Of a stretch of DNA of 64,000 nucleotides, positions 34,356 through 44,904 are shown piece by piece. The stretch covers positions 256,001 through 320,000 of the forward strand of contig OZ242214.1 in the NCBI GenBank assembly GCA_965206595.1, given 5' to 3'. Numbering within the stretch: the first letter of the stretch is position 1; every line of letters begins with the position of its first letter. The notes beneath the pieces were generated by a model. It did no database searches and was not told where the DNA came from. It worked only from the letters and a program-made list of their open reading frames with translations. The DNA is from Candidatus Latescibacterota bacterium (GTDB lineage: Bacteria; Latescibacterota; UBA2968; UBA8231). The position numbers and the translations under genes were made by a program.

Positions 34356-35333
34356 ATGTCTGCCCATTGCCCATTTTCGAGATTAGCCCCAATTGATTCC
34401 GATGACGGTTACGAAAATTTCCAGTACCGATTTGATTCACCCAGGACAGGAGGCTTATATCGGACCCGTCAAGGTTTCTATGCATTGTCGAAAAACATCG
34501 AATCATTAGGAAGTGAGGGGAAAGCTCGGCTTGTCACCCTGCTTGTAGACCAGCGTAAATTGGGAGAAATCGAACCTGAGATAGACTTCCAGCTTATCGA
34601 AAGAGCCAGATCCAAAGCCAATTTGTCTCACCCGGAGCGGTCTGTTCGGTTGTTGGAGTTTCTCGTTGAGATGTCAGGACGAGAATTTGGGAGGGAAATA
34701 TAATTCGAAAAACCAAAGGCAATGTCAGATTGGATATCTTCACGTATAGAATCTCCGTTTTTTGGAGATTCGGGTTCGACGGCAAATGAAATCAAGTCTT
34801 TTTCTAAGTATCTGGAAGGTGAGGGATTTATAACCTTTAGACCCGGCGCTGGATGTGTTGTAACAATGAAGGGTTATTCCTATCTGGATAATCAGTCTCG
34901 GAAAACAGATTCAAGGAAAATTTTTGTGGCTATGTGGTTTGATGATTCAATGAATGACGCATATTTCCAAGGATTTGGTCCTGGAATTCAAGAGGTCGGA
35001 TTTGAAGATGTTCGTGTTGACACGAGAATTGACCAAGTCAAACATACCGGGAAAATCGACGATTTGGTAATTGCCGAAATTCGTAGTTCGAGGGCCGTAG
35101 TTGCCGATTTCACACAGAGCGGCTCGGAGGCCCGTGGTTCTGTTTACTATGAAGCTGGCTTTGCACATGGGCTGGGAATTCCAGTAATATTTACCTGTAG
35201 AAAAGATTGCATTGAAGAACTTCACTTCGACACACGACAATACCCCCATATTGTATGGGGAAATCCAGAAGAGTTACGAGAAAGTCTGAAAAACCGAATT
35301 CGTGCTCTTTTGGGAGAAGGAAATGGTCAATAA
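34356..35333 (+). pseudogene. Nucleoside 2-deoxyribosyltransferase/TIR-like domain protein with N-terminal extension; in-frame TAA at 34701-34703
   Basis: FVAMWF, IRSSRAVVADFT, VYYEAGFA.GLG.PVI, LHFD; both ORFs share one frame. Confidence 0.75.
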
Positions 35334-36827
35334 GGTGTAAAGGGATGGTAATTCCCTGACACTTGCCCCCTGCTCGGGGGCGTCTTAAGTAATTGTCATA
35401 GCGCAATTCAGGTGGCGTATGTGTATATTTTACAGTAAGTTGCTTTCTTTTGCCGCATCCCCTGCGGCGCGCTCCCCTGATTTCAGAAAGAAGGGGAGCG
35501 ATGAGTGCGATTCTCTCTCTGGAAGTTTTTCAGGAGCGGCAGAGTCAGGACCGCTTTCGAAGCCGGGCGCATGAAGCCTTGGACCAATGGCTGGATCGGG
35601 TGGAGGCGCAAATGAGCGCGCGCGGATCTTGTGCGCCGACGTTGATGGAGATCACCGCGGCGATGTCTCAAGAGCGCTCCGGGCTCCCCGCGGCCTTGGT
35701 GGAAGCCTTCGTCGAACGCCGCCACGGCCATTTCCTGGCCCAGGAAGAGGCGGCCTGCCCCAAGTGCAAAGGCCTGCTGCGAGCGCGCCCGTCTCGCTCG
35801 CGCACGCAGGAGACGCTGCTCGGGCCGGTGACCTTGGAGCGTCCCTATTTCTACTGCGTTGGCTGTCAGTACGGGTTCTATCCGCTGGACGAAGCTCTCG
35901 GTCTGTCGGCGCAGCGCAAGCAGTGGGACGTGCAGCAGGCCGGGGTCAAGCTGGGGCTGGAGATGCCCCACCGGCGCGCCGCCGAACTGTTGGACGAGCT
36001 CACCGACGCGTCGATGAGCGATTGTGTGATTCACGAGGTGCTGCAACAGACCGGGTCGTTGGACGTGCTGCAGGTGTGTCCGGACGCGGCCGACATCCAG
36101 GATCGCATTGCGCACGCCGCCGCCGGTCGCAAGTGGCGGCCCATCGTGGTGTTGGCCATCGACTAAGGCCGACGTGCCCCGTCGTCCCCAGACCGCCAAA
36201 GGCACCCGTCCCGGACGCAAGAAGAGCCGGTCTCGGCGAAGGCGTTGGCAGGGGGAATACCACGAAGCCAAGGGCTTTCGCTTCTACCTGATAGACGATG
36301 AGCGCATCGAGCAGCTGATCTCCTGGCACCAGATGGGCAACGAACAGGCCTTCGGCGCGGCCTTGCGCCAGGTCAAGGAGGCGGGGCTGATCCCGGAGGA
36401 TCAGGTGCGCTTGTGTGCCATCGGAGATGGCGCTCCGTGGATCTGGAAGGGGGTGGAAGAGCTGTTCCCCGGCGCCCGTCAGATCCTCGACTACTCCCAT
36501 TGCAGCCGCTACCTGCACGCGGTGGCCGAGGCCCAATACGGCGCCGATGCGGCGCGTGCTGCCCATTGGCTGGAAGCGACCTTGGCTTTGCCTGTTCTGC
36601 GGCGAGGGCACCGGCGTGGTCTGGGGGCTGCAGCGCATGCAGCCGCTCTCGGAAGAGGCCGGAGAGGCCATCGGCACGGCCTTGACCTACCTGCAAAAGC
36701 GACTGCACCAAGTCGATTTCGGCAGCCATCGCAAGGGGGGATACCCGATCGGGTCGGGGGCGATCGAATCGGCGCATCGCTTCATCGGCCATGTTCGTCT
36801 GAAACGGTCGGGCGCTTGGTGGTATAA

Positions 36828-38208
36828 CTGGACTTTTGCAAACTCCGCTTTTTTACTAAAGTTTGAGATGTGCGACAATTCGCTGCTCTGTCCACCCTAT
36901 TGAGGCTTGGTCCACTACCCAGGAGATGGTTTTGCTGAGCGTCTCTCGCGACACGGCTCGACAGGCTTCGCCAATGGTCGTCAGCACGGTATGAGCCCAG
37001 TCACGCGCACGGCCCTGCCGCATCCGTGCCATGAGCAGACTGTGCGTCAGCATCACGAGGTACCTATGCCGGGTCTGGCCCTCGCCGCTTTTGTAACTGA
37101 CAGTCTCCCATGCCCAGATGGTGCTTGCCGTCCCGATGAAAAGTCTCGGTGCCCGTCCAGCGTTTGCGATAAACATTCAGAATACGACTGATCTCCCAGT
37201 GCACGCGATTGGTCAGTAGAAACTTGACCGCTTCCCTGCCGTTCTTGCGATCCCACAGGATCACCAGGCGAACCCGGTGCTCGAGCTTGGGCAGACTCAG
37301 GGTTTTGGTGAAATACCATTGTTTGCGCTTGCCGATGCTGACCTGTTTGCGATCCTCGGGCGGGATATTCGCAGCCACTTCCGCGGCCTTCATCAGGCCG
37401 CCCTTGAACTCGACCTTGCGGTTGCTCTTCAGGGCTCCTACGTAGCCGCGCTCATGACTATGGAGGTGATCGAGACACTCGACACTGCTGAAGTAGCAGT
37501 CGAAGGCGAAATCGCCCGGGATCTGTCGGAACACGACCCAGTCCACCAGCTCTTTGAACAGCTCGGTATGGCTCTTGAAGGAGGGGTCCGTCTCCCCTTC
37601 CCGGCCCTTGCGAAAGCGACGGAATTCCAACGGATAGTATTTCCCCGAGGTGCACACGTAGTTGGCGATGACGTAGTCGTGCGCAATCATATGGCGCTTG
37701 TCCGAGTGATCCCAAAACCACCCCACATCCTCGATCTTTTCTCCGCTGTGGCCGACCAAGGTGTTGTCGATGGCGATCACCCCGCGCCCTGAATAGCGCG
37801 TCGAAGGGTGCTCCTGCAACCATTCCAGGCGATGTTCGTTGAGCCATTTTCCGTCCCACCGCACCTGCGTAATCCAGCGGTTCAGGCAGGACTGATCGGT
37901 GGTCTCGACGAACTCGGCGTTGATCGCCGATACATTTTTGCGTTCGGCCACCATCAACCCGGTTAGATACTCGCCAAAGTGACGGCGCTCCGGGGCGTTG
38001 GCGAAGAGGCCGCCGAACTCGGCCACCGCTTCTTCAACCACCGTGGGAAAATCAACAATACCTGGCATGAACAACCTCTCTCATGGCCAGGGGAAACCGA
38101 GGCCGGGGATGCCTTCGTCCTACCAAACATACCAAGTTCCATCGAATTCGTGCTACCCTCTAATCCTTGACCGATTATCCAGGAATTCTGCCTTTTGCAA
38201 AAGTCCAG
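36828..38208 (-). mobile_element. IS701-family element
   Basis: Perfect 15-bp TIR CTGGACTTTTGCAAA; GTATAA duplicated at 36822-36827 and 38209-38214. Confidence 0.85.
36856..38068 (-). pseudogene. IS701-family DDE transposase with a frameshift near 37090
   Basis: YLTGLM, AIDNT, FDCYF, LKSNR, Y..RW..ETFHRD.K..LG. Confidence 0.85.
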
Positions 38209-38520
38209 GTATAAGGAAAACAGCAACGCCATTCTGGCCCTGCGCTGCGCCTTGTACAATGGAACGCTTGACCGGGTCTTTCAGCAGTACCGAGAAAACC
38301 TAAAAACAACCACCGAAACCGTAACAATCAGCTAAGACACCCCTGCTCGGGGTAGTTGTTCTGGCCGCCTATTTCTCCACTGCTTTCTCCGGTCTCGGGG
38401 CTTGTTGTAAACCCTTTTTTGGACGCCTTGCAGGGGGTACATTCCATTCATATGCGCCGCTCTGATGGGCGACGGCAATACCGTAAACCGGTCGATTCCT
38501 AACCTTTGGGAGGCATCTAC

Positions 38521-39060
38521 ATGAAATACATGATCGCTCTTGTTTTCAGTCTGTCCCTTACCGTCAGTGGAGCACATGCAGTAGTAGGTTTACGTGTAGC
38601 CGGCGGTCATGTGCCCCCGCAGGGGACTGATGTTAGATCCATGGCTCTACGAAAAGCAACGGCTGAGGAAGCGAGATTCTGGGACCTGCTTAAACTTTCT
38701 TTTGTGGCACAGGCAAGCCAACAAACCCAACAAAGTCGCCATTACACTTTAGCGGACGGATACACTGCAGGGAAAATAACAGCTGAGGGCATGTCGACTA
38801 CCGGTCCTTTTCTGGGAGGATTTGCCTGCGGATTCCTAACAGGGCTGATTGGCACAGGGATTCTTTGGGGAGTCACTGGTGGGGACGATGTTCCTTTTCA
38901 CCTATATTCCGAAATTCAAGAGAAGGGTTCTGATTTCCCAATGGGATTTGTGAATGGGTACAAAGAGCGCACAAAGCAGAAGAAACGTGGCGCAAGGCTT
39001 GGTGGAGGTTTACTTGGGACCGCTGGATTTTTAGTTCTGTTTCTCTCAGCGACTAATTGA
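38521..39060 (+). CDS. Secreted/membrane hypothetical protein with Gly-rich helices
   Basis: GGAGG RBS, signal peptide, hydrophobic Gly-rich segments. Confidence 0.7.
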   Translation: MKYMIALVFSLSLTVSGAHAVVGLRVAGGHVPPQGTDVRSMALRKATAEEARFWDLLKLSFVAQASQQTQQSRHYTLADGYTAGKITAEGMSTTGPFLGGFACGFLTGLIGTGILWGVTGGDDVPFHLYSEIQEKGSDFPMGFVNGYKERTKQKKRGARLGGGLLGTAGFLVLFLSATN

Positions 39061-39199
39061 AATTTTAAACTGTAGATCCCCTTTAAAAATCCATTCCCAA
39101 ACTTGCCAAATTTGTCTACGCTCGTGGGCATAGTTCAATAGACGAACAAGAGGCTCCAGCCCATTGCCTCCCAGCCTGCTCGATCCCCCCTGCCACAAA

Positions 39200-39352
39200 C
39201 TAACCGGCATCGTCGGCCGTTCTCTTTTCCTCTTCGGGGTCTTCCTTCTCGCTGCACGGGATGCATAGGTGCTCGCCGGGGGTGGGCATATAGAACAGGT
39301 TGTACGGCCTGATTTCCTGGCCGCATACACAGCAGACCGGCTTGAAAACCAT
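39200..39352 (-). CDS. 50-aa CxxC microprotein, copy 2
   Basis: MVFKPVCCVCGQEIRPYNLFYMPTPGEHLCIPC... Confidence 0.55.
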   Translation of the reverse strand: MVFKPVCCVCGQEIRPYNLFYMPTPGEHLCIPCSEKEDPEEEKRTADDAG

Positions 39353-39355
39353 TCT

Positions 39356-39562
39356 TTACGACCCAGCTTTGTAGGACAGGCGTAAGCCATTTTCCTGGTG
39401 ATGGATGATCGCCCCCATTAGACAGAGATACCTTTCCGGCATCGTTCGCTTCCCCTTCTCCCACAGGCACACTTCGGCCTCACTGACTCCAAGGGCGATG
39501 CCCAGCTCCCACTGCTTCATGCCAAGGGCATCTCTCGCCCTTTTCAGTTGATCTTGCGTCAT
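39356..39562 (-). CDS. XRE/Cro HTH protein, copy 2 (protein identical to copy 1)
   Basis: ORF track translation. Confidence 0.85.
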   Translation of the reverse strand: MTQDQLKRARDALGMKQWELGIALGVSEAEVCLWEKGKRTMPERYLCLMGAIIHHQENGLRLSYKAGS

Positions 39563-39662
39563 CTTCATTCTCCGATATTCGGGGTTGATTGTCGGTGACT
39601 ACCGACAGGAAGGCACAGAACTGCCCTGCACCGGCCCCGAGACAGCCTGACGGGACCGGGTG

Positions 39663-39691
39663 TTGACAGGTATTCGGGCTCCCGTTAGAAT
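39663..39691 (+). promoter_or_regulatory. Sigma70-like promoter
   Basis: TTGACA-N17-TAGAAT. Confidence 0.6.
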
Positions 39692-39961
39692 CGGGATTTG
39701 GAGGGAGAGTTACCGTTTACAGAATTCAGCGAGCCGGTAGCGGTAACTGCGTCGACTCACTACCATGCTGTTGTCTGCAAGAAGGGTCGGTATGGACTCA
39801 GCGTGATATAAGATTAGGGAAACGTAGAAACGACAGAAGAAAAGGCGGTTCCTAGGTCGCCTTTGCCACCGGTGCTGGCGGAGTTGGAAACCGTGATTCG
39901 GATGCAGTCCTTCGGATCGCGGAAGTGCGCCGTGCAGGTCCTGCAGTGAGGGGAATAAATG

Positions 39962-40030
39962 TTTTTCTCTATTATGTTATACCAGATTTTCAGTGAAATC
40001 GCGCTTGGGTAGTTATCGATGCCGTTACCC
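39962..40030 (-). other. Conserved motif copy 2 with possible IS terminus
   Basis: TTATACCAGATTTT...GCGCTTGGGTAGTTATC...TTACCC. Confidence 0.4.
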
Positions 40031-40245
40031 TTCTTTTTTCGGCCAAAGGGAATTTGCGTCTGAACAAGCGCCGCAGTATATTGCGATTTTCAGGAGCCAG
40101 GGGAAGGATGGAGATCGGGAAAATGATCCAAAGGTGGAAAGCGGCTCTTGCAGGCCATGACTGTGGAAGAGATGGAGAAAATTGGATACCGAAGGATCCG
40201 GAGTAAATAAAGCAACTAATTACTAAAATTTCGTCGGAGATAGCC

Positions 40246-40977
40246 ATGAGTCAGATCCGTTACTTTTCGAATTACTCCCAAAAGGAGAACATCGTCACCA
40301 ACAACGTTTTGCTGATGATGCGCTGGTTGTACGACTATAACCGCCTGAAATTTGGCAGATTCTTCGCTTACCTTGACGAAGACGCTGACCATGACGACGA
40401 GGAGGCCAGCAATGTCGCAGAACATTTACAACTTCAGTTCCGTCAGCAGCGGAGAACAAAAACAAGCGTGGTGGACGGATTCATCGCACAGGAAAGCATA
40501 AAGATCGTAGTCGAAACCAAGCTTAACGAGGACGACTTTTCACTTGACCAACTTAAGGGTCACCTGTCGGCGTTTGATGGTGAAAGTCACCGGCTGTTGG
40601 TTCTCTTGAGTCCCGGGCCGACCGGTCCATCCGGTGATTTCCTGGAAAAAATCCGGGAAGAAGGCAAGTCCAAAGGGATCAACACATTACACACGACGTT
40701 CGAGAAGGTCATTGCAGCAGCAAAGTGCTGCCTGTCCGATCACGACGAAGACATGCTCGCTGTCGTTGAAGACTTCGCTGTATTTTGCAGTGACAAAGGC
40801 CTTCTGCCTAGAGACAAGTTCAGGATGTTCACACCGCCCTGTGGACAGTCATTCGACGACAATCGCGATTACAGCCTCTACTACTGTCCTGTCTCTTGGA
40901 AACGAAGACCCAGCGAATATCTTGGCATTTATGCAGACAAATCAGTCCAATTGACTTCAATCCCCCTAAACCTGTAG
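40246..40977 (+). pseudogene. PD-(D/E)XK nuclease-like protein, probably 3'-truncated
   Basis: EN.VTNN, VDGFI...VETK...QL..H. Confidence 0.55.
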
Positions 40978-41378
40978 CTCCCGATCCGGATCCTGTAGTT
41001 GAAACTCAGACCAAACCAAGCCCAGATAACCAGGGATTCCAGTACTCCAATGTGACTATGGCTCAGAGAAGCAACCCACTTCTCGGACAGTCAGGTGTGG
41101 GTTACATAGGAGAAATAACGAATAACTCCGGTAAGGATTATTATTTAGCCACTTTCAAGATCAGCTTATATGGAAAAAACGGAGGGCTCATTGCCATCCA
41201 GGAATTTGGCTTATTTGATTTCGCAAACGGAACCACACAGAGCTTCGACACTGGACCCATTTTGAATTCAGCGTTGAAGGATCAAGTCGAATCGTCCAGA
41301 GTAAGGTTTGGTGGAGGTACGGAACAAAAGGAAGCAGAGCAGATGGATAAATTATTAGAGAAATATCTTACAGAGTAA
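40955..41378 (+). pseudogene. FxLYD-domain protein fragment (5' end missing)
   Basis: GEITNNSGK.Y...FKISLYGKNG.LI. Confidence 0.55.
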
Positions 41379-41392
41379 GGAAAAGTGGCTTT

Positions 41393-41564
41393 ATGACCGA
41401 TCAGACACCTGACTCGAACGACGATAAGGGGAAGATGGGCCGCCCTGAGTGGTTCCTGAAGATCGACTGCACCCCGGAGAGCTGGCCCAGACCATCTTTC
41501 CAACGCCAAGCCGCCAGACCCGTCACGCCGCATCCATAACGTGGACAAGGACAAAGATAAATGA
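41393..41564 (+). pseudogene. Small frameshifted ORF (GRP...KID.TPE.LA..IF..AKPPDPS)
   Basis: Reconstructed across two indels; recalls small ORFs seen next to IS1595 elements (unverified). Confidence 0.3.
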
Positions 41565-41599
41565 GACCACTGCTGGCTTTACTTCTTGGAGAAGGCTGA

Positions 41600-42149
41600 A
41601 TGAAACAAGTGTCTGCTTTACTATTATTCATTGTCCTCGTAGCCTGTCAGGGCCCGGCCGGGCCCACTGGTCCGCAAGGTCCAGGACAGCGAGGGCCACA
41701 GGGGGACCGCGGGCCACAGGGAGAAAAAGGCGACACGGGGGACACGGGAGATCGCGGTCCTCCAGGCACACAGGGTGAAACCGGTCCACAGGGACCGCCG
41801 GGCGAATCTACACACGGGCTTGGTGTCTTTATCGAGCGGGAATTAACCTTTAGCTCATAATGATGAGGGTCAGATAACCATAGAAGACGAGCGCATTAAT
41901 CCCACATCTTTCCGGGCACTTTATTTCAGATTACCGGCTATTGATGATGATGGCAATGAGGCCAGCCTGTATTTGCCAGCTGAAGGTTGGATTTCTCAAT
42001 ATTTGCGTTCGGAAGGTCCCAATGAATATATAGAGCCTCTTTGGATCGTTGTAGACGGGGCTCTGTGGATCTATGATTCCGAACAAACCCTCTTGAATCT
42101 TTTCCCGAACATTACCGTATCATTATCCGCTTTGATCGAGGAACCATGA
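41600..42149 (+). pseudogene. Collagen-like lipoprotein, frameshift near 41859
   Basis: Lipobox LVAC, long Gly-X-Y run; shifted frame stays open to TGA at 42149. Confidence 0.75.
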
Positions 42150-42222
42150 AGAGAATGAGCAACCTGACACTACCCAATCCCGGCTAAACACTTTTAGGAC
42201 CGGGATGTCCTTCTCTCTGGTA

Positions 42223-42310
42223 TTTTCTCTACTATATTATACCAGATTTTCTTTAAATTCGCGGATGAGATTACTAAAGTTGCGCTTGCGTAGTTATCTA
42301 TATAATTCCC
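42223..42310 (-). other. Conserved motif copy 3 with IS1595-like terminus GGGAATTATATAGATAACTAC
   Basis: Shares TTATACCAGATTTT and GCGCTTG.GTAGTTATC with copy 2. Confidence 0.45.
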
Positions 42311-42337
42311 AGAGGAAAGGGTAGGAAGGCGGTTCGT

Positions 42338-42967
42338 TTGTGGGACGTGGGGTCGAGGCAACCCACCGCCATCCTGGAGAGGGGGCATGGCAATCAGGTC
42401 ACCTCCCTGGCGTTTTCTCCGGATGGTACTTTCCTCGCTTCCGGGTCATGGGATGAAACCCTCAGGTTGTGGGACCTCGGTACACGGTCCACCACCGCTG
42501 TCTTCGATGGGCATACGCACGACGTCTTATCCGTAGCGTTCTCCCCCGACGGGACGATTTTAGCTTCCGCGTCAAGGGACGGCACGGTTCTGTTGTGGGA
42601 CACGACGCCCTGGGTCCCCCGCTATGTTCCCCCCGCCTCTGAGACGGTGATTGAGGTTTCGCAAACGCTGCCGGCGCAGACGGTGGTGCTGGCCAACTAT
42701 CCCAACCCCTTCAACCCGGAGACCTGGATTCCCTATCAGCTTCAGGCACCCGCCCGCGTTCACCTGACCATCTACGATGTCCGCGGGGCTGTGGTACGGA
42801 CTCTTGATCTGGGATACCGGCCGGCCGGCCGGTATCTCACTCCTGCGCAGGCTGCCAATTGGGACGGCCGAGACCAACGTCGCGACCGGGTGGCCAGCGG
42901 TCTGTATCTGTTCCGATTGCAGGCCGGAGATTTCGCTGGGGTGCGCAAGATGCTCCTGCTTCGATAA
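42338..42967 (+). pseudogene. 5'-truncated WD40-repeat protein with C-terminal FlgD-Ig (NYPNPFNPETWIP) domain
   Basis: SLAFSPDG..LASGSWD.T.RLWD twice; no N-terminus or RBS. Confidence 0.8.
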
Positions 42968-43049
42968 GACGGGACCGCCGGCCGGCCCGTTCACTGCTCC
43001 TGGTTCTCTATCTGCGGCGGCTTATTATGAGATAGAGCAGCAGTCGCTG

Positions 43050-43177
43050 ACGACTGCCACCGCCGCCTACTGGGATGGCCGCGACAATCGCGGCGAGCGG
43101 GTCGCCAGCGGCGTGTATTTGGATCGGTTGCAGGCAGGCCGGTCGCCCGCGTGCGCAAGATGGTCGTCGTCAAATAA
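43050..43177 (+). pseudogene. Second FlgD-Ig C-terminal fragment
   Basis: AAYWDGRDNRGERVASGVY..RLQAG then RKMVVVK* in a shifted frame. Confidence 0.6.
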
Positions 43178-43297
43178 GGAACCACAATTGCCTGCTGGGG
43201 AGCTGGGGCCTTCCCGGAAGGGAAATAAACCTCCGCCTCCTGGTCGATCAGGAATTCGACGTTGTCGTTCAGGACGGGTCCCTGTAAGGAAAACAGA

Positions 43298-44143
43298 ATG
43301 AAATTCAGCGAGGAACAACTGGAGCAGTACCGAACCTTGGGCTACGTCATCTTCGACTGTCCCTTCCCCGAGAGCCTGACCGGGGAGTGCATGGCCGCGG
43401 TCGAAAAGGCAGCCCAGGATCCATCGGAGGGACCCGCGGACGGCAGCAAGAGGAACCACTTCTACCTGCGGCCGCAGGTAGAAGACTCGTACTGGTGCTC
43501 TCTCGATCACTCCCTGCCGTTCCTGAAGATCATCCTGCACTCGGAAATCATCGAGCTCGCCCGCCAGCTGAACGGGGTCGGCGATATCTATCTCCGCAAC
43601 GGGGGCATCAACGAGCAGGCCCCGAATCGCTCGGTGTGGTGGCACATCGACCGGGGTCCGGGGTGGGCGGAGTTCATGCACTACTTCTCCGGGGCGTCGC
43701 GCGCGAACGGGTGTCTGCGCATCGTCCCGGGCAGCCACGCCGGGCAGCCCACCTCACTCGAGGAGACGGTGGCCAGGCTCAGGGACGAGCGGGGAACTTC
43801 CGTTTCGCCGAATGACGACGGCTGGGAGGACGTCGAACTCGACGAGGAGATTTCCCTGGAGGTGGAACCTCACCAGATGATCGTGCGCCATGCGTGGCTG
43901 CTTCACTCGACCTGGCTCAACCGCACCAGCGACTGCCGGTACATGAGCCACTGGCTGTTCCATCCGCACACGATCGACAACCACCGCTTCACGTGGGGGG
44001 ACTACCTGACCTCGGAGCTGCTCAATGCGCTGAGTCCCGTGCAGCGGGAGGTGCTGTGGCTGGATCGCGAGTTCGAAGTCGATCCTGCATACGATCAGGA
44101 GAGGTCGCGCGAGCTGGGGCGGGTGAAGTGGGGAATCGTCTGA
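43298..44143 (+). CDS. PhyH-family dioxygenase
   Basis: WHID, NGCLRIVPGSH, LLHS. Confidence 0.85.
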   Translation: MKFSEEQLEQYRTLGYVIFDCPFPESLTGECMAAVEKAAQDPSEGPADGSKRNHFYLRPQVEDSYWCSLDHSLPFLKIILHSEIIELARQLNGVGDIYLRNGGINEQAPNRSVWWHIDRGPGWAEFMHYFSGASRANGCLRIVPGSHAGQPTSLEETVARLRDERGTSVSPNDDGWEDVELDEEISLEVEPHQMIVRHAWLLHSTWLNRTSDCRYMSHWLFHPHTIDNHRFTWGDYLTSELLNALSPVQREVLWLDREFEVDPAYDQERSRELGRVKWGIV

Positions 44144-44173
44144 GCAGCCGGGGCGCGATCCGCGCGGGATCGC

Positions 44174-44713
44174 CTACCGGTCGAGGGATGCCCGCAGGAC
44201 GATACAGGCCTTCCCCAACTCGCAGCCGACGTAGTCCCCCCGATGGGGGACGACTTCCGTAAACCCCAGGCGAGCCCAGAACCGCAAGGCCGGAACGTTG
44301 GCCAGATAGACGCGCCCCAGGGCGAAACGGAATCCACGGGCGGCCAGCTCCCGCTTGAGGCTTTCGATGGTTGCCCTGCCGACGCCGCTTCGCCGGAACC
44401 GCGGCCGGATCGCGAGGATCGAGAGCCAGACATCCCCCGCGGTGGGAACGTCTTCGGTAAGGTGGAAATAGCCGGCCAGCTCGCCGGCCGAACCGACGTG
44501 GATGCGCCGCATGCGGAAGCCGCGCTCCTGCGACTCGGCCGCTGCCGAGCGCTCCACCAGCTGGGCGATCTCGCTCTCGGGCACCTCGGAAAACGTGGGA
44601 TCGACCGCGGCGGCGTCCGAACATTCCAGAAACGCCGCATGCAGCGCCGGCGTCTGCGCTGCTTCGACCGCCCGTACGACGATCTGCCCCTCCGACCATG
44701 TGCTCGGTAACAT
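44174..44713 (-). CDS. GNAT N-acetyltransferase
   Basis: LAIRPRFRRSGVG, N..ALRFW.RLGF. Confidence 0.85.
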   Translation of the reverse strand: MLPSTWSEGQIVVRAVEAAQTPALHAAFLECSDAAAVDPTFSEVPESEIAQLVERSAAAESQERGFRMRRIHVGSAGELAGYFHLTEDVPTAGDVWLSILAIRPRFRRSGVGRATIESLKRELAARGFRFALGRVYLANVPALRFWARLGFTEVVPHRGDYVGCELGKACIVLRASLDR

Positions 44714-44904
44714 GCCCCTATCTGAGTTCGCCGTGCAGCCAGCGAAGGCCGCCCGGCCATCCCCGGTCGGCCGTGGACAGCACCGCGCGCGTGTAGTCGT
44801 CCAATCCGGTCACCTAATAATCATAGAGCTCGGAATCGCTCGCGTTGTAGTTGGCACCCACCGCGGTGAACTGCTCCGGGTGCGAATGCGAAGGTCATCG
44901 GGCT

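Larger units (their letters stand above)
35501..38335 (+). pseudogene. ISKra4 transposase, frameshifted and split (35501-36827 plus 38215-38335)
   Basis: CPKC/C..C, DGAPWIW, ILDYSH, IGSGAIES, RLKRSGAWW; resumes KENSNAILALRC after IS701. Confidence 0.85.
35378..38342 (+). mobile_element. ISKra4-family element interrupted by IS701
   Basis: TIRs GGGCGTCTTAAGTAATTGT / GGGTGTCTTAGCTGATTGT; 8-bp TSD CTGCTCGG at 35370-35377 and 38343-38350. Confidence 0.85.
39120..39668. repeat. Direct repeat copy 2
   Basis: Aligns with 33160-33705. Confidence 0.9.

Noticed and set aside
33160-42310. Integron cassette array or prophage
   Set aside because: No integrase, attC-type structure or phage structural genes were recognised.
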